Assembly (NCBI GenBank): GCA_039586365.1
Contig: JBDHKN010000057.1
Coordinates: 1-31,162 of the forward strand
DNA: 31,162 nucleotides
Origin: Gemmatimonadota bacterium
GTDB taxonomy: Bacteria > Gemmatimonadota > Gemmatimonadetes > Gemmatimonadales > GWC2-71-9
Reading direction: 5' to 3'
The notes beneath the pieces were generated by a model. That model searched no databases. It saw only the letters and a program-made list of their open reading frames with translations, and was not told the DNA's origin. Shown here piece by piece: positions 1-9,437 of this stretch; position 1 is the first letter of the stretch, and each line of letters opens with the position of its first letter. A program made the translations under genes and the position numbers.

Positions 1-150
1 GCTACAGTCGGGGATGTCGCGACGTTGATCGGACGAGATGGTTCCGCTGAAATCACGGTTGACGACTTTGCTGGCTGGGCTGGAACGATCTCATACGAAG
101 TGCTGACGGGATTGGGTTCCAGACTACCGCGGGAGTACGTTTCTTCTTGA
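1..150 (+). CDS. alr: Alanine racemase, C-terminal fragment (truncated by window edge)
   Basis: Frame 1 translates to ATVGDVATLIGRDGSAEITVDDFAGWAGTISYEVLTGLGSRLPREYVSS*, matching the Alr C-terminal 'GD.vtLiG...GTIsYE.l..l..R.pR.Y' motif. Stop TGA 148-150 overlaps the deoB TTG start. Confidence 0.88.
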   Translation, partial: ATVGDVATLIGRDGSAEITVDDFAGWAGTISYEVLTGLGSRLPREYVSS

Positions 151-1334
151 CCCTCAGCAGACAAGGTCGCGTAGCTCTCATAGTGTTGGACGGTGTGGGC
201 ATTGGGGACACTCCAGACGCTGCTGCCTACGGGGACGACGGTAGCAATACTCTCGGCAACGTCGCCAAGGCAGTCGGGGGTCTGGACCTACCGTTCCTGC
301 AGTCACTCGGACTCGGCTGCTGCCGATCCCTGGCGGGGATTGAGTGCTCAGAGCCGCAGGCGGCGTATGGCGTGGCACAGCCCCATTCGGCAGGCAAGGA
401 CAGCACGTCGGGTCACTGGGAGATTTGTGAAGTTCTGTTAGATGATCCGTTCCCGACCTATCCGGCAGGTTTCCCGGCAGAGTTGATCTCCGAGTTCTCG
501 CGGATCACCGGACGTGATGTAATCGGGAACAAGACGGCTTCCGGCACCGGGATTATCGAGGAGTTCGGAGCAGAGCACCTCGCCAGCGGAGCCTGGATTG
601 TGTATACATCCGCCGACAGTGTCTTTCAAGTGGCCGCGCACGAGCATATCGTCCCACTCGACGAGCTGTATGCAGCCTGTAGGGGTGCAAGGGACCACGT
701 GCTTGTCGGGCGACATGCCGTCTCTCGGGTAATAGCCCGGCCATTTGTGGGCTCAGAAGGTAGTTTCAATCGTACCACGAACCGCAAGGACTTCTCGCTC
801 GAGCCCGTCACGGAGACTCTGCTCGACCGGTTGGCAGGAGTTGGAGTGCCGCGTGCAGGGGTCGGTAAGGTGGATGATCTCTTTGCCGGGCGGAATATCT
901 CGAGCCGGCACGCAGCCACGAATCGCGAAGCCTACTCCATGATCGCGGAGCAACTCGACACGATGGAGCGAGGCCTTTTGTTCGCGAACGTGGTGGAATT
1001 CGACCAGAGTTGGGGGCACCGAAACGATATTGTGGGGTTCTATAGTGGGCTCAAGGAGCTGGACCAGAACCTGCCGGATCTGGTGGCTCGGTTGCGGGAG
1101 AACGATCTGATGATCTTGACGGCAGATCACGGTAACGATCCCACGACACCTTCTACTGACCATTCCAGGGAAGCCGTGCCGATCTTGGTGGTTGGTCGTC
1201 GTGTGGTAGCTGCACGGTTAGGAACTCGCTCGACCTTGGCCGATATTGGGGCGACTGTGGCGCAGTATTTTGGGCTTGAGCCGCTGGCGGGAAACTCGTT
1301 TCTTGAAGAGGTTGCTGCGTGGAAGATGCATTGA
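147..1334 (+). CDS. deoB: Phosphopentomutase
   Basis: Motifs LDGVGIG..PDAAAYGD.GSNTL, GKDSTSGHWE, YTSADSVFQVAAHE, RVIARPF, GHRND and TADHGNDPT..STDHSRE. Confidence 0.95.
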   Translation: MTLSRQGRVALIVLDGVGIGDTPDAAAYGDDGSNTLGNVAKAVGGLDLPFLQSLGLGCCRSLAGIECSEPQAAYGVAQPHSAGKDSTSGHWEICEVLLDDPFPTYPAGFPAELISEFSRITGRDVIGNKTASGTGIIEEFGAEHLASGAWIVYTSADSVFQVAAHEHIVPLDELYAACRGARDHVLVGRHAVSRVIARPFVGSEGSFNRTTNRKDFSLEPVTETLLDRLAGVGVPRAGVGKVDDLFAGRNISSRHAATNREAYSMIAEQLDTMERGLLFANVVEFDQSWGHRNDIVGFYSGLKELDQNLPDLVARLRENDLMILTADHGNDPTTPSTDHSREAVPILVVGRRVVAARLGTRSTLADIGATVAQYFGLEPLAGNSFLEEVAAWKMH

Positions 1335-1708
1335 CGAATATCGCTCGAGTAGCCCAAGCCAACGCATATGCGCCGTACAGCAACTACGTGGTTGGGGCAG
1401 CGTTGGAGGCCGATGATGGCCGCGTTTTCGTCGGCACGAATGTGGAGAACGCGTCGTTCGGCCTCACGATGTGTGCCGAGCGGGTCGCTCTCGGAGCGGC
1501 AATTGCAACTGGTGCCCGTAGGTTCAACCGCATCGTGGTAGTCACGGAGTCGTCGCCGCCGGCCGCACCCTGTGGAGCGTGTCGCCAGGTGCTAGTTGAA
1601 TTCGGTGACGATATTGTGGTCGAAGCCGTGGGTCCGAGCGGCTCTCGACGATGGCTATTGAGCGAACTGCTGCCAAGCGCTTTCGGACCGGAGGATCTAC
1701 CGCGATGA
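1319..1708 (+). CDS. cdd: Cytidine deaminase (homotetrameric type)
   Basis: [26 protein letters not shown] and PCGACRQ zinc motifs; 129 aa. Confidence 0.95.
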   Translation: MEDALTNIARVAQANAYAPYSNYVVGAALEADDGRVFVGTNVENASFGLTMCAERVALGAAIATGARRFNRIVVVTESSPPAAPCGACRQVLVEFGDDIVVEAVGPSGSRRWLLSELLPSAFGPEDLPR

Positions 1709-1992
1709 GAATGGGGCGGGTGGTCGGAACCGTCGTAGCGACTCGGAAGGACCCTTTGCTCGCAGGGGTGAAATTCCTGGTGGTCGAGAACCTCGGGATT
1801 GATCTGGCGCCCGAAGGAGGATATGTGGTTGCGGTGGATGCGGTGGGTGCCGGGGCCGATGAAGTTGTGCTCTACGCCTCAGGTTCCTCGGCTCGGCAGA
1901 CAGAAATGACGCGCGACCGACCGGTCGATGCGGTGATAATGGCTATTTTGGATTCGTTTGAAGCTCATGGCAAAACGACACGCCTGGCTTAG
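1705..1992 (+). CDS. EutN/CcmL-family bacterial microcompartment pentameric vertex protein (BMC-P)
   Basis: [24 protein letters not shown]...[13 protein letters not shown]...GSSAR......[11 protein letters not shown] is the CcmL/EutN signature. Start moved to ATG 1705, which gives an ATGA overlap with the cdd stop. Confidence 0.92.
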   Translation: MRMGRVVGTVVATRKDPLLAGVKFLVVENLGIDLAPEGGYVVAVDAVGAGADEVVLYASGSSARQTEMTRDRPVDAVIMAILDSFEAHGKTTRLA

Positions 1993-3151
1993 TGTAGCGT
2001 TGCTGACCGCGGCGTGCGCCGAAGACGTAATGGCACCGGGCGCGTGTCCGGATTACTGTCCGGCCATCAACATTCAGGTTCTGGACAGTATCATACCCGG
2101 CAGCATTGAACGGGACAGTTCCTACAGGGGCTACGTAGATCCTCATGAAGCGATCCGCATGGAAGTCTCTCGCGGTGGTGTTGCCGAAAGCCGGGTCGTG
2201 ATGCGTTTCTTCCCGTTCCCGGAGGAGATCAACTCGGACTCGATCGTGGCGATCGACTCGTTCCAGATTTCACTCCTTCTTCAGAAGCGCTCCGCAGACG
2301 TCTCGGATCTCGAGTTGGCAATCTTCAGATTGCCTCCCGGCGTTGATACAGCGACGACTTTTCAAGAGTTGGATCCGTTTTTCCAGGACAGCACCAAGCT
2401 GGGCACTTTGGTTGTTCCCGACTCGGTTACCGGTGGGACCATCTCAGCGGTATTCCCGGGAGCTTTGCTGGCCAACCTCACCGCTGACAGCATGGTCGCT
2501 GCGATAGGTGTCGCGTTCGGGCCTGCCTTGACTGGCTTCGCCCATCTTGCAGCAGTCGACTTTGTTGACTCCGCCACGACGCTGGCGCGATTTGCACAAG
2601 TTGACACCGCGAGCGGAGAGTTGGCCGAAGCAAGTGACAGCGTACGAGTTGAGATGGATACATATGTGTTTTCCGAGGTCCCACCGCCGGATCCGACGGT
2701 GCTGGCCGTCGGGGGAGCCCCAGCGGCACGAGTACTGATGCGTACGGTACTACCGGCAGACATCGTTGATTCAGCGCATGTTGTCCGGGCGACTCTGCTG
2801 TTGCTGCCTGCCGGTCCAGCCCTGGGAGCTCCGGGAGACACAGTCTTCGTAAGGGTACAGCCGCTCGCCACTGACGTCGGTCCGAAGTCTCCGTTCCTTA
2901 ACGCGCTGGAAGACACGCTGGCACTCGGGAAAGCGGACATACCCGTCGGAGCGCTCGAGCCAGTGCGTATCGAGGTAACACACATAGTGGCCCAGTGGAG
3001 GGACAATCCGGATTTGCCCCGCACATTTATACTCATGACGCAGTTCGAAGGCCAGTCGCTGGCGGAGTTCCGCTTCCACTCCAGCGAGGGCATCGAGTCT
3101 CCTATCATGCAGGTAACGTACGTGCCGCCTGCATTCACTGGGGTACGATGA
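1967..3151 (+). CDS. Hypothetical lipoprotein
   Basis: Signal peptide and lipobox [17 protein letters not shown], followed by a CPDYC motif and an acidic, beta-rich body. Start ATG 1967 chosen over 1958. Confidence 0.7.
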   Translation: MAKRHAWLSVALLTAACAEDVMAPGACPDYCPAINIQVLDSIIPGSIERDSSYRGYVDPHEAIRMEVSRGGVAESRVVMRFFPFPEEINSDSIVAIDSFQISLLLQKRSADVSDLELAIFRLPPGVDTATTFQELDPFFQDSTKLGTLVVPDSVTGGTISAVFPGALLANLTADSMVAAIGVAFGPALTGFAHLAAVDFVDSATTLARFAQVDTASGELAEASDSVRVEMDTYVFSEVPPPDPTVLAVGGAPAARVLMRTVLPADIVDSAHVVRATLLLLPAGPALGAPGDTVFVRVQPLATDVGPKSPFLNALEDTLALGKADIPVGALEPVRIEVTHIVAQWRDNPDLPRTFILMTQFEGQSLAEFRFHSSEGIESPIMQVTYVPPAFTGVR

Positions 3152-4293
3152 TGCGCAAGGCTCTGGTTAGCACGCTGCTCATTTGTTGTACCATACCGGC
3201 GACCTCGCAAGCGCAAAGCTCTGTTTATGGGATACTGGGACTGGGCTTCCCGGGTCGGCCCATCGGTACGAGAACGCGTGCGGGTGGTGGCGGCATGGCA
3301 ATGTTCGATGCGCGGTCTGTGTTGAATCCCGCAACGGTGGCGGGATTCCAGAGAATCAGCGTAGCCGTGGTGAGCGGAACCACGCTGCGCAACTACACGG
3401 TGCAAGACTCGACTGTCGAGGGGTTGTCGGATACCCGCTCGCCGATCGGTATCATCGGTGGCAACCTACGCCGCACACCAGTGTCCTTTGCACTGAGTTA
3501 CAGCACCTATTTGGAACGGACCTACGATGTCTTCACCGAGGACACGGTCGTCATCCGCAGCGAGCCCATAGCTGTCAAGGACCGAATCAGCGAGGATGGA
3601 GCCGTGGTGGACATCCGAGGTGCCCTGGGGGTGCGGGTCACCTCCTGGCTGAGCGTTGGTGGAGGCGTGCATGTTCTGAGTGGATCCAGTAAGAGATCGA
3701 CGCGGCGGGAGTTTTCTAGTCCCGACTACTTTGATGTGCTTGACACGGACCGGCTGGTCTTCTCGGGTCTGGGGTTCTCCGCCGGCGTACTAGCTTCGTT
3801 GGATCCTCGTCTCACGGTTGCAGCGGCCATCCGGAGTGACGGAAAGCTCGACACGGGACTGGATTCATCGACGGTCGGCGAGTTTGACCTCCCGCTGTCG
3901 TATGCTGCAGGGTTGACCATAGCGCCGGTGCCGGCAATTCGGCTGGCGACAACCGCTATCATGACGACTTGGTCTGGTGTCTCGGCCGATCTTGCAGCCA
4001 TCGGCGGAGCCAACGCCTTCGATCACACCTGGGACGTTGGCACGGGGCTGGAGCTGGGTGGATCCAGCAGGAGCGGGAGAGTACCGCTGCTTCTGGGATT
4101 TCGGTACGCTGAGCTTCCGTTCAGTCCCACGCAGGAGCAACCAACCGAACTGAGCTTCTCGGGGGGTACCAACTTCGTATTCGCCAATGGTCGCGTCATG
4201 TTCGACCTGTCCCTTGAGCGCATATTGCGAGATGGTGGTAGGGCCGAGGAGAGAGCGTGGTATCTGTCCTTCTCTCTGACTGTGAGCCCGTGA
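3148..4293 (+). CDS. Outer-membrane beta-barrel, FadL/TodX/PorV-like superfamily
   Basis: Signal peptide [23 protein letters not shown]-terminal 'TR..GGGG......NPA' plug motif; alternating amphipathic strands; C-terminal WYLSFSLTV strand. ATG 3148 overlaps the upstream TGA. Confidence 0.65.
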   Translation: MMRKALVSTLLICCTIPATSQAQSSVYGILGLGFPGRPIGTRTRAGGGGMAMFDARSVLNPATVAGFQRISVAVVSGTTLRNYTVQDSTVEGLSDTRSPIGIIGGNLRRTPVSFALSYSTYLERTYDVFTEDTVVIRSEPIAVKDRISEDGAVVDIRGALGVRVTSWLSVGGGVHVLSGSSKRSTRREFSSPDYFDVLDTDRLVFSGLGFSAGVLASLDPRLTVAAAIRSDGKLDTGLDSSTVGEFDLPLSYAAGLTIAPVPAIRLATTAIMTTWSGVSADLAAIGGANAFDHTWDVGTGLELGGSSRSGRVPLLLGFRYAELPFSPTQEQPTELSFSGGTNFVFANGRVMFDLSLERILRDGGRAEERAWYLSFSLTVSP

Positions 4294-5540
4294 CGAAGGT
4301 CTACCTCCACACATTCGGATGTAAGGCAAATCAGTACGACACCGAGGTCGTTCGCCAGGCCCTCGAATGCGCCGGAGCCGTCCCAGTCGAGGATCCTGCA
4401 GAGGCGGATGCTGCCGTGGTCAACTCGTGCGCCGTTACGCACGTGAGTGAGGCAAAAATGCGCAGCCTGGTTCGGCGGCTAGCTCGTAGAAACCGCACCA
4501 TACGCACCGTCGTTATGGGGTGTGCTCCCGCCCTGCACGGCGCTGCAGTGGCTTCACTCCCCGCCGTAGTGGATGTGGTGCCAGGTGCTGATCCTGGGCT
4601 GGTCCTCAGGGCCCTCGGCCTGCACCCGAATCGGGTTGATCCAATCCTGCGGAAGTTTGCTGGAGGTAGCCGTGCGTGGCTCAAGATCCAGGATGGTTGT
4701 GACGAGCATTGTACCTTCTGCGCCACCACAGTCGCGCGCGGCAACAGTCGTTCACGTGGGCCGGAAGATGTCGTCGCTGAGGCCTGCGCGCTCGCCGACC
4801 GGCACTGCGAGATAGTCCTGACCGGGGTTCATGTCGGTGCTTACGGTGCTGATCTGGATAGCGCGATATCCTTGGGGGAGTTGTTGGAGCGGTTGGTCAG
4901 CGACGTCCCACGCGTGCGCTTCAGGCTCACATCCGTCGAGGCCACGGAGCTGGACGACCGGCTGGTGGAACTCATGAGGGAGGCACCAGATCGACTTGCG
5001 CCACACGTGCACGCACCGCTGCAGTCGGGCAGCGATCGGGTTCTGCGGCAGATGGGGCGACATTGGTATACCGCGGCAGCATACCGGGCCCGCATAGAGT
5101 GGTTGACGGATCGGATACCGAATCTCGGCCTTGGAGCGGACATCATGGTGGGATTCCCAACCGAGAGCGAGGAAGACCATTTAGCTACCAGGACGATGAT
5201 CGAAGCACTGCCCTTCACCTACCTGCACGTGTTTCCCTACTCTGAACGGTCGGATGCCCTAGCCTGGAAGCTGGGTCCGCCAGTTCACCCGGACACGTGG
5301 CGGGGTCGGTCCAGTGAGTTGCGCGAATTGGCACGGCGGAAGGCCGCGAATTACCGGAAGTTGCAGCACGGTCGCAGAGCCGACGTGGTTCTCTTGCAGC
5401 GGGCCGGTGGGCGGTACGAAGGTCTGACCGAAGACTACCTTACGGTCTTCGTTCCGGCGGATCGAACACCACCCAAGCGGTTCGCCGCTGAGCTCAGGCT
5501 GGATGGAGCAGGCCTCAAGGCCTGTCCCGTTGCTGAGTGA
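4290..5540 (+). CDS. mtaB: tRNA t6A37 methylthiotransferase MtaB-like (radical SAM)
   Basis: N-terminal TFGCKANQYD, NSCAVT, radical-SAM motif KIQDGCDEHCTFC, EIVLTGVHVG.YG and YLHVFPYSER. GTG 4290 overlaps the upstream stop. Confidence 0.85.
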   Translation: MTKVYLHTFGCKANQYDTEVVRQALECAGAVPVEDPAEADAAVVNSCAVTHVSEAKMRSLVRRLARRNRTIRTVVMGCAPALHGAAVASLPAVVDVVPGADPGLVLRALGLHPNRVDPILRKFAGGSRAWLKIQDGCDEHCTFCATTVARGNSRSRGPEDVVAEACALADRHCEIVLTGVHVGAYGADLDSAISLGELLERLVSDVPRVRFRLTSVEATELDDRLVELMREAPDRLAPHVHAPLQSGSDRVLRQMGRHWYTAAAYRARIEWLTDRIPNLGLGADIMVGFPTESEEDHLATRTMIEALPFTYLHVFPYSERSDALAWKLGPPVHPDTWRGRSSELRELARRKAANYRKLQHGRRADVVLLQRAGGRYEGLTEDYLTVFVPADRTPPKRFAAELRLDGAGLKACPVAE

Positions 5541-5541
5541 A

Positions 5542-6861
5542 ATGAACCGAGTCTATATCGAGACCTACGGCTGCCAGATGAATGTGGCCGACAGCGAGCT
5601 GATGTTCGGGTTGCTCGACCGAGCCGGCTATTCCGCGACCAAGGACCCCGCCGAAGCCAATGTTCTGCTTGTCAACACTTGTGCCGTGCGCGATAACGCG
5701 GAGCGGAGGGTGATTGGGAGGATGGGTGAGCTGAAGCGTCACAAGCGTCCCGGAGTGGTCTTGGGGGTCGTGGGATGCATGGCACAGCGGCTGGGTCAAC
5801 AACTGCTCGACCTCGTACCACAAGTCGATTTGGTGGTGGGGCCGGATAGCTATCGCGCACTACCTGAGTTGATCGACAGGGCTTCGCAGGGTGGCAGGGC
5901 CAGCGCCGTCGAGTTCAAGTCTTGGGAACACTACGAGGACATTCCGCAGCAGCGCAGCGACAGGGTGAAGGCATTCGTCATTGTCCAGCGAGGGTGCGAT
6001 TACCGGTGCACCTTTTGCATAGTTCCGATGACACGCGGTCGCGAGCGCAGCCGTAGGTTGTGCGACGTAGTACGAGAAGCAACGGAACTTGCAGTGGAGG
6101 GAATCACGGAGGTCACGCTCCTTGGGCAGACCGTGAACAGCTATCACGACGGGGACTACGACTTCGCCGACCTGCTGAGGTCGGTCGGCGAGATCACCGG
6201 TATCCGCCGAATCCGGTTCACCAGTCCGCACCCCAATGATTTCACGGATCGGGTCATCGAGGCCATGGATGAGGTACGGTCGGTCTGCGAGCACGTTCAC
6301 CTTCCGGTACAGAGTGGATCATCCCGGGTGCTCCGGCGGATGGGGCGCCGCTATGATCGCAGCAAGTACATGTCTTGCGTGGACCGTCTGCGGGGGGCAA
6401 TGCCAGATCTGGCAATCACAACCGATATCATAGTCGGGTTCCCAGGCGAGACCGAGAAGGACTTTGAGGAGACTGAGTGTCTGGTGCGGGAAGTGGAGTT
6501 CGATGACGCATTTACGTTCAAGTACTCCGAACGAGCGGGCACTGCTGCCACCAAGCTGACGGGAGATGTTCCGGAATCTGCCAAGGCCGAGAGAATCCAG
6601 CGGATAATCACAACCGTCAGGGAGATCGCTGCCAAGAAGAACATGGAACTCGTCGGTTCGATGCGGGAAGTCCTTGTCGAGGGGATCGCCCGCAGAGGTG
6701 AGGTGTTGCAAACTCGCACGCGCAATAATAAGGTGGTGTTGGTGGCCGGTCCGACTGATTGGATCGGTAGTTACCGAACCGTGCGTCTCACGGGAACCAC
6801 GGGCGCCACGTTCACTGGAGTCCAGTCCACCCTGGGGAAGGAGCTGACTATCGTGGGGTGA
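5542..6861 (+). CDS. miaB: tRNA i6A37 methylthiotransferase MiaB
   Basis: YIETYGCQMNVADSE, NTCAVR.NAE, GCMAQR, GCDYRCTFCIVP..RGRERSR, LLGQTVNSY, RFTSPHP, HLPVQSGS and a C-terminal TRAM-like region. Start ATG 5542. Confidence 0.93.
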   Translation: MNRVYIETYGCQMNVADSELMFGLLDRAGYSATKDPAEANVLLVNTCAVRDNAERRVIGRMGELKRHKRPGVVLGVVGCMAQRLGQQLLDLVPQVDLVVGPDSYRALPELIDRASQGGRASAVEFKSWEHYEDIPQQRSDRVKAFVIVQRGCDYRCTFCIVPMTRGRERSRRLCDVVREATELAVEGITEVTLLGQTVNSYHDGDYDFADLLRSVGEITGIRRIRFTSPHPNDFTDRVIEAMDEVRSVCEHVHLPVQSGSSRVLRRMGRRYDRSKYMSCVDRLRGAMPDLAITTDIIVGFPGETEKDFEETECLVREVEFDDAFTFKYSERAGTAATKLTGDVPESAKAERIQRIITTVREIAAKKNMELVGSMREVLVEGIARRGEVLQTRTRNNKVVLVAGPTDWIGSYRTVRLTGTTGATFTGVQSTLGKELTIVG

Positions 6862-7142
6862 AGAACTTGCTTGAAGATGCGGTATTCCGGGAATACGAAG
6901 TCCTGAAGGACACGATCCCTGGCTTCTGTGGCTGTGCCATGTGTCGCGATGATGTGTTGGTGTATGCACTGAACCGGTTGGCACCCAAGTATGTCGCCCG
7001 ACGGGAAGGTGAAGTGCTAACGAACGTATCGATGGGGTCTGATCAGCCAAAAGCGGATCTGTCAGTAGTTCTCCTGGAGGCCTTGCAGCGGGTGCACGCT
7101 GATCCCCGACCGGGCCACGCAGATCGTGAGGGAAGGGAGTGA
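6858..7142 (+). CDS. Late competence development ComFB-family protein (ComFB/CdgR superfamily)
   Basis: 94 aa with the ComFB pattern MKN..E..V..........C.C..C..D....ALNRL.PKYV and a C-terminal V..DPR. Confidence 0.85.
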   Translation: MKNLLEDAVFREYEVLKDTIPGFCGCAMCRDDVLVYALNRLAPKYVARREGEVLTNVSMGSDQPKADLSVVLLEALQRVHADPRPGHADREGRE

Positions 7143-7157
7143 CTTGGTGAGGGGGTA

Positions 7158-9437
7158 ATGAGTCCCCCAATCGTTCAACTTGCCATAGCATACGGGGCCG
7201 GCCTTTGGGTCGGCCTCGTTTTTTTGATACCGACTGGCATAGTCTGGGTTCTGCTCTGCCTTGCCGTGTTGGCAGTCGGGCGGCGGGTCTGGCGCGGGAT
7301 CCTGGTCGGAGTGGGATTAGTGGGGGTTGCGACCGGAGCGGCTAAGGAGACTCAGGAATCAGCCTACTGCAGCCGAGTATGGGAACCGGGAGTGCATGCC
7401 GTTGTGGTGCAGCTACACGATCGGCCAGGAGATCGCATGACCACGACAGCTGCTGTAGTCCATTCGGCCGAGGGCTGTGGAGGTAGTCTCAGGTTGAGTC
7501 TGGGGACCGATACCGTTCCCGGGGGATCCAGGGTGCTAATCGCCGGACGGTACCGCGGTCGCGGAACCTTCCGCGTGGAGCGGCTGCTGGTGCTGGGCCG
7601 CCATCGGGCTTGGCGCTTTGCTCTGAGAGATGCAGTGGGACGACGCATCAGTTCTCTGTACGGTACTCGGGCCCCCCTGGTGGAAGCGATCATCATGGGT
7701 CGTCGCGACGACGTCGACCCTCAACTACGCCAGAGTTTCGTGAACGCTGGCCTAGCGCATCTCCTCGCTATTTCAGGGCTTCACGTGGGCGTGCTGGCGG
7801 GCTGGATCGTTATCCTGTTGCGAGCCGTGGGCGGTAGGCGTCTCGCATGGAGCTGCAGTGCTTGGGTCGTTTGGTGTTATGTCGTGGTGTTGGGATTTCC
7901 CGCCCCGGCCACACGGGCTGCGGCATTCATCACGATCCTGGGAATCGCTCGTATTCGGCAGCGCCATCCGCCTCCAGGTGCGGTCCTCGCCGTGGCGTTG
8001 ATGTGGGTACTTGCGGTTGATCCTAGCGCGGCGACGTCTGTCGGAGCCTGGCTGTCCGCTGCGGCAGTTTGGGGAACACGGGCTGGGACCGGGTCAACGC
8101 GCCGATTTCGCTTGTTCAGCGCATCTTTGGGGGCCACCCTCGCCACTGCACCGATTACGGCCTACGCGTTCGGAGCGGTAGCGCCAATTGGGGTGTTGGC
8201 GAATCTGGTGGCTGTGCCGCTCGCCGGCGTAGCGGTTCCAGGACTCTTCCTGAGCCTGTTGTTCGGCGACTTGTTCGCCGGAGGTACGGCGCTAGTTCTC
8301 GCGGTTATGGAGAGGCTAGCGTTTTGGTGTGCCGAGGTCCCAGGCGGCCATCTGGCGGGAGCTCAGGGGATCCGATTCGCTGTGCCCTGGGTGGCCATTC
8401 TGAGTGCTGCTATCTGGTTGCGGGCTCGTCGGCCGTCCCTAGCGGTGTTTCGTCGTCGCCTGCTGGTGGCAGGAGTGGCCGTGAGTTGGGGACTGGTGGC
8501 GTTTCCGTTGGCGTTCCGGCGTGACCGGTCAGCGGAGTTGGTGATTCGTTTTCTGGACGTGGGGCAGGGCGACGCTGTGGTGCTGCGAACGCCGGATCAG
8601 GCTTGGGTGCTCATCGACGGTGGACCGCGAGTGGCGGGACACGATGCTGGGAGGCGGGTCGTACTGCCGTTCTTACGGCGGCAGGGCGTGCAGGGACTCT
8701 CAGCCGTGGTGGTGTCGCACGGTGACGCGGATCACCTGGGTGGCATTCCTGCGATCGTCAGCGACCTCACCCCCGATCTGGTATTGGAAGCCGGCCAACC
8801 TCTCGGCAGCGAGCTCTATCTTGAGTACCTCGAGACGCTTGACAGGGTGGGCTCCGAGTGGCGCGCCGTCCGGGCTGGTGACGTGCTTCAGATCGACTCG
8901 GTGCAGATGATGGTGCTGCATCCGTCCTCCGAATGGATCAACCAGGAACTCGAACCCAACGAGAACTCCGTAGTCCTGCGTGTGACCTATGGGTGCTTCA
9001 CCGCTTTGCTGGCTGGCGACATTGGCTGGCCGGCGGAGTCGCTCCTCCTGACCTCCGTCGGTGAGGCGGATCTGCTCAAAGTGGGTCACCACGGCTCGGC
9101 TGGAGGCACGACTGATGCATGGCTTGGTGTAGTGAAACCTCGGGCCGCGGTCATAAGTGTGGGAACGAACAGGTACGGTCATCCTGCAGCGGCCACACTA
9201 GGTCGACTGGAGTCTCGCCGCATTGCAGTGTACCGGACCGACCGTGGTGGGACGGTGACGGTGCGGTCCAACGGAAGCTATTTTCAGATCACGCAGGATG
9301 AGCCAACAACCGTATTGGAGGCGCTAAGGTGCCTGACAGAACAGTTGTTACGATCGAAAGATTCGTCCTCGAGCAAGAGGAGTTGCATCCGCAGGCCACC
9401 GGTGAGCTTACCCAGTTGCTCTACGACATCGCGCTAG
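7158..9437 (+). CDS. comEC: DNA internalization competence protein ComEC/Rec2
   Basis: Competence-domain motif [13 protein letters not shown] and multiple TM helices, then a metallo-beta-lactamase domain ([43 protein letters not shown]). Confidence 0.93.
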   Translation: MSPPIVQLAIAYGAGLWVGLVFLIPTGIVWVLLCLAVLAVGRRVWRGILVGVGLVGVATGAAKETQESAYCSRVWEPGVHAVVVQLHDRPGDRMTTTAAVVHSAEGCGGSLRLSLGTDTVPGGSRVLIAGRYRGRGTFRVERLLVLGRHRAWRFALRDAVGRRISSLYGTRAPLVEAIIMGRRDDVDPQLRQSFVNAGLAHLLAISGLHVGVLAGWIVILLRAVGGRRLAWSCSAWVVWCYVVVLGFPAPATRAAAFITILGIARIRQRHPPPGAVLAVALMWVLAVDPSAATSVGAWLSAAAVWGTRAGTGSTRRFRLFSASLGATLATAPITAYAFGAVAPIGVLANLVAVPLAGVAVPGLFLSLLFGDLFAGGTALVLAVMERLAFWCAEVPGGHLAGAQGIRFAVPWVAILSAAIWLRARRPSLAVFRRRLLVAGVAVSWGLVAFPLAFRRDRSAELVIRFLDVGQGDAVVLRTPDQAWVLIDGGPRVAGHDAGRRVVLPFLRRQGVQGLSAVVVSHGDADHLGGIPAIVSDLTPDLVLEAGQPLGSELYLEYLETLDRVGSEWRAVRAGDVLQIDSVQMMVLHPSSEWINQELEPNENSVVLRVTYGCFTALLAGDIGWPAESLLLTSVGEADLLKVGHHGSAGGTTDAWLGVVKPRAAVISVGTNRYGHPAAATLGRLESRRIAVYRTDRGGTVTVRSNGSYFQITQDEPTTVLEALRCLTEQLLRSKDSSSSKRSCIRRPPVSLPSCSTTSR

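Noticed and set aside
2362..3405. 347-aa minus-strand ORF
   Set aside because: Antisense shadow of the lipoprotein and barrel genes; Ser/Thr/Ala-rich with no recognisable motif, as expected in GC-rich DNA.
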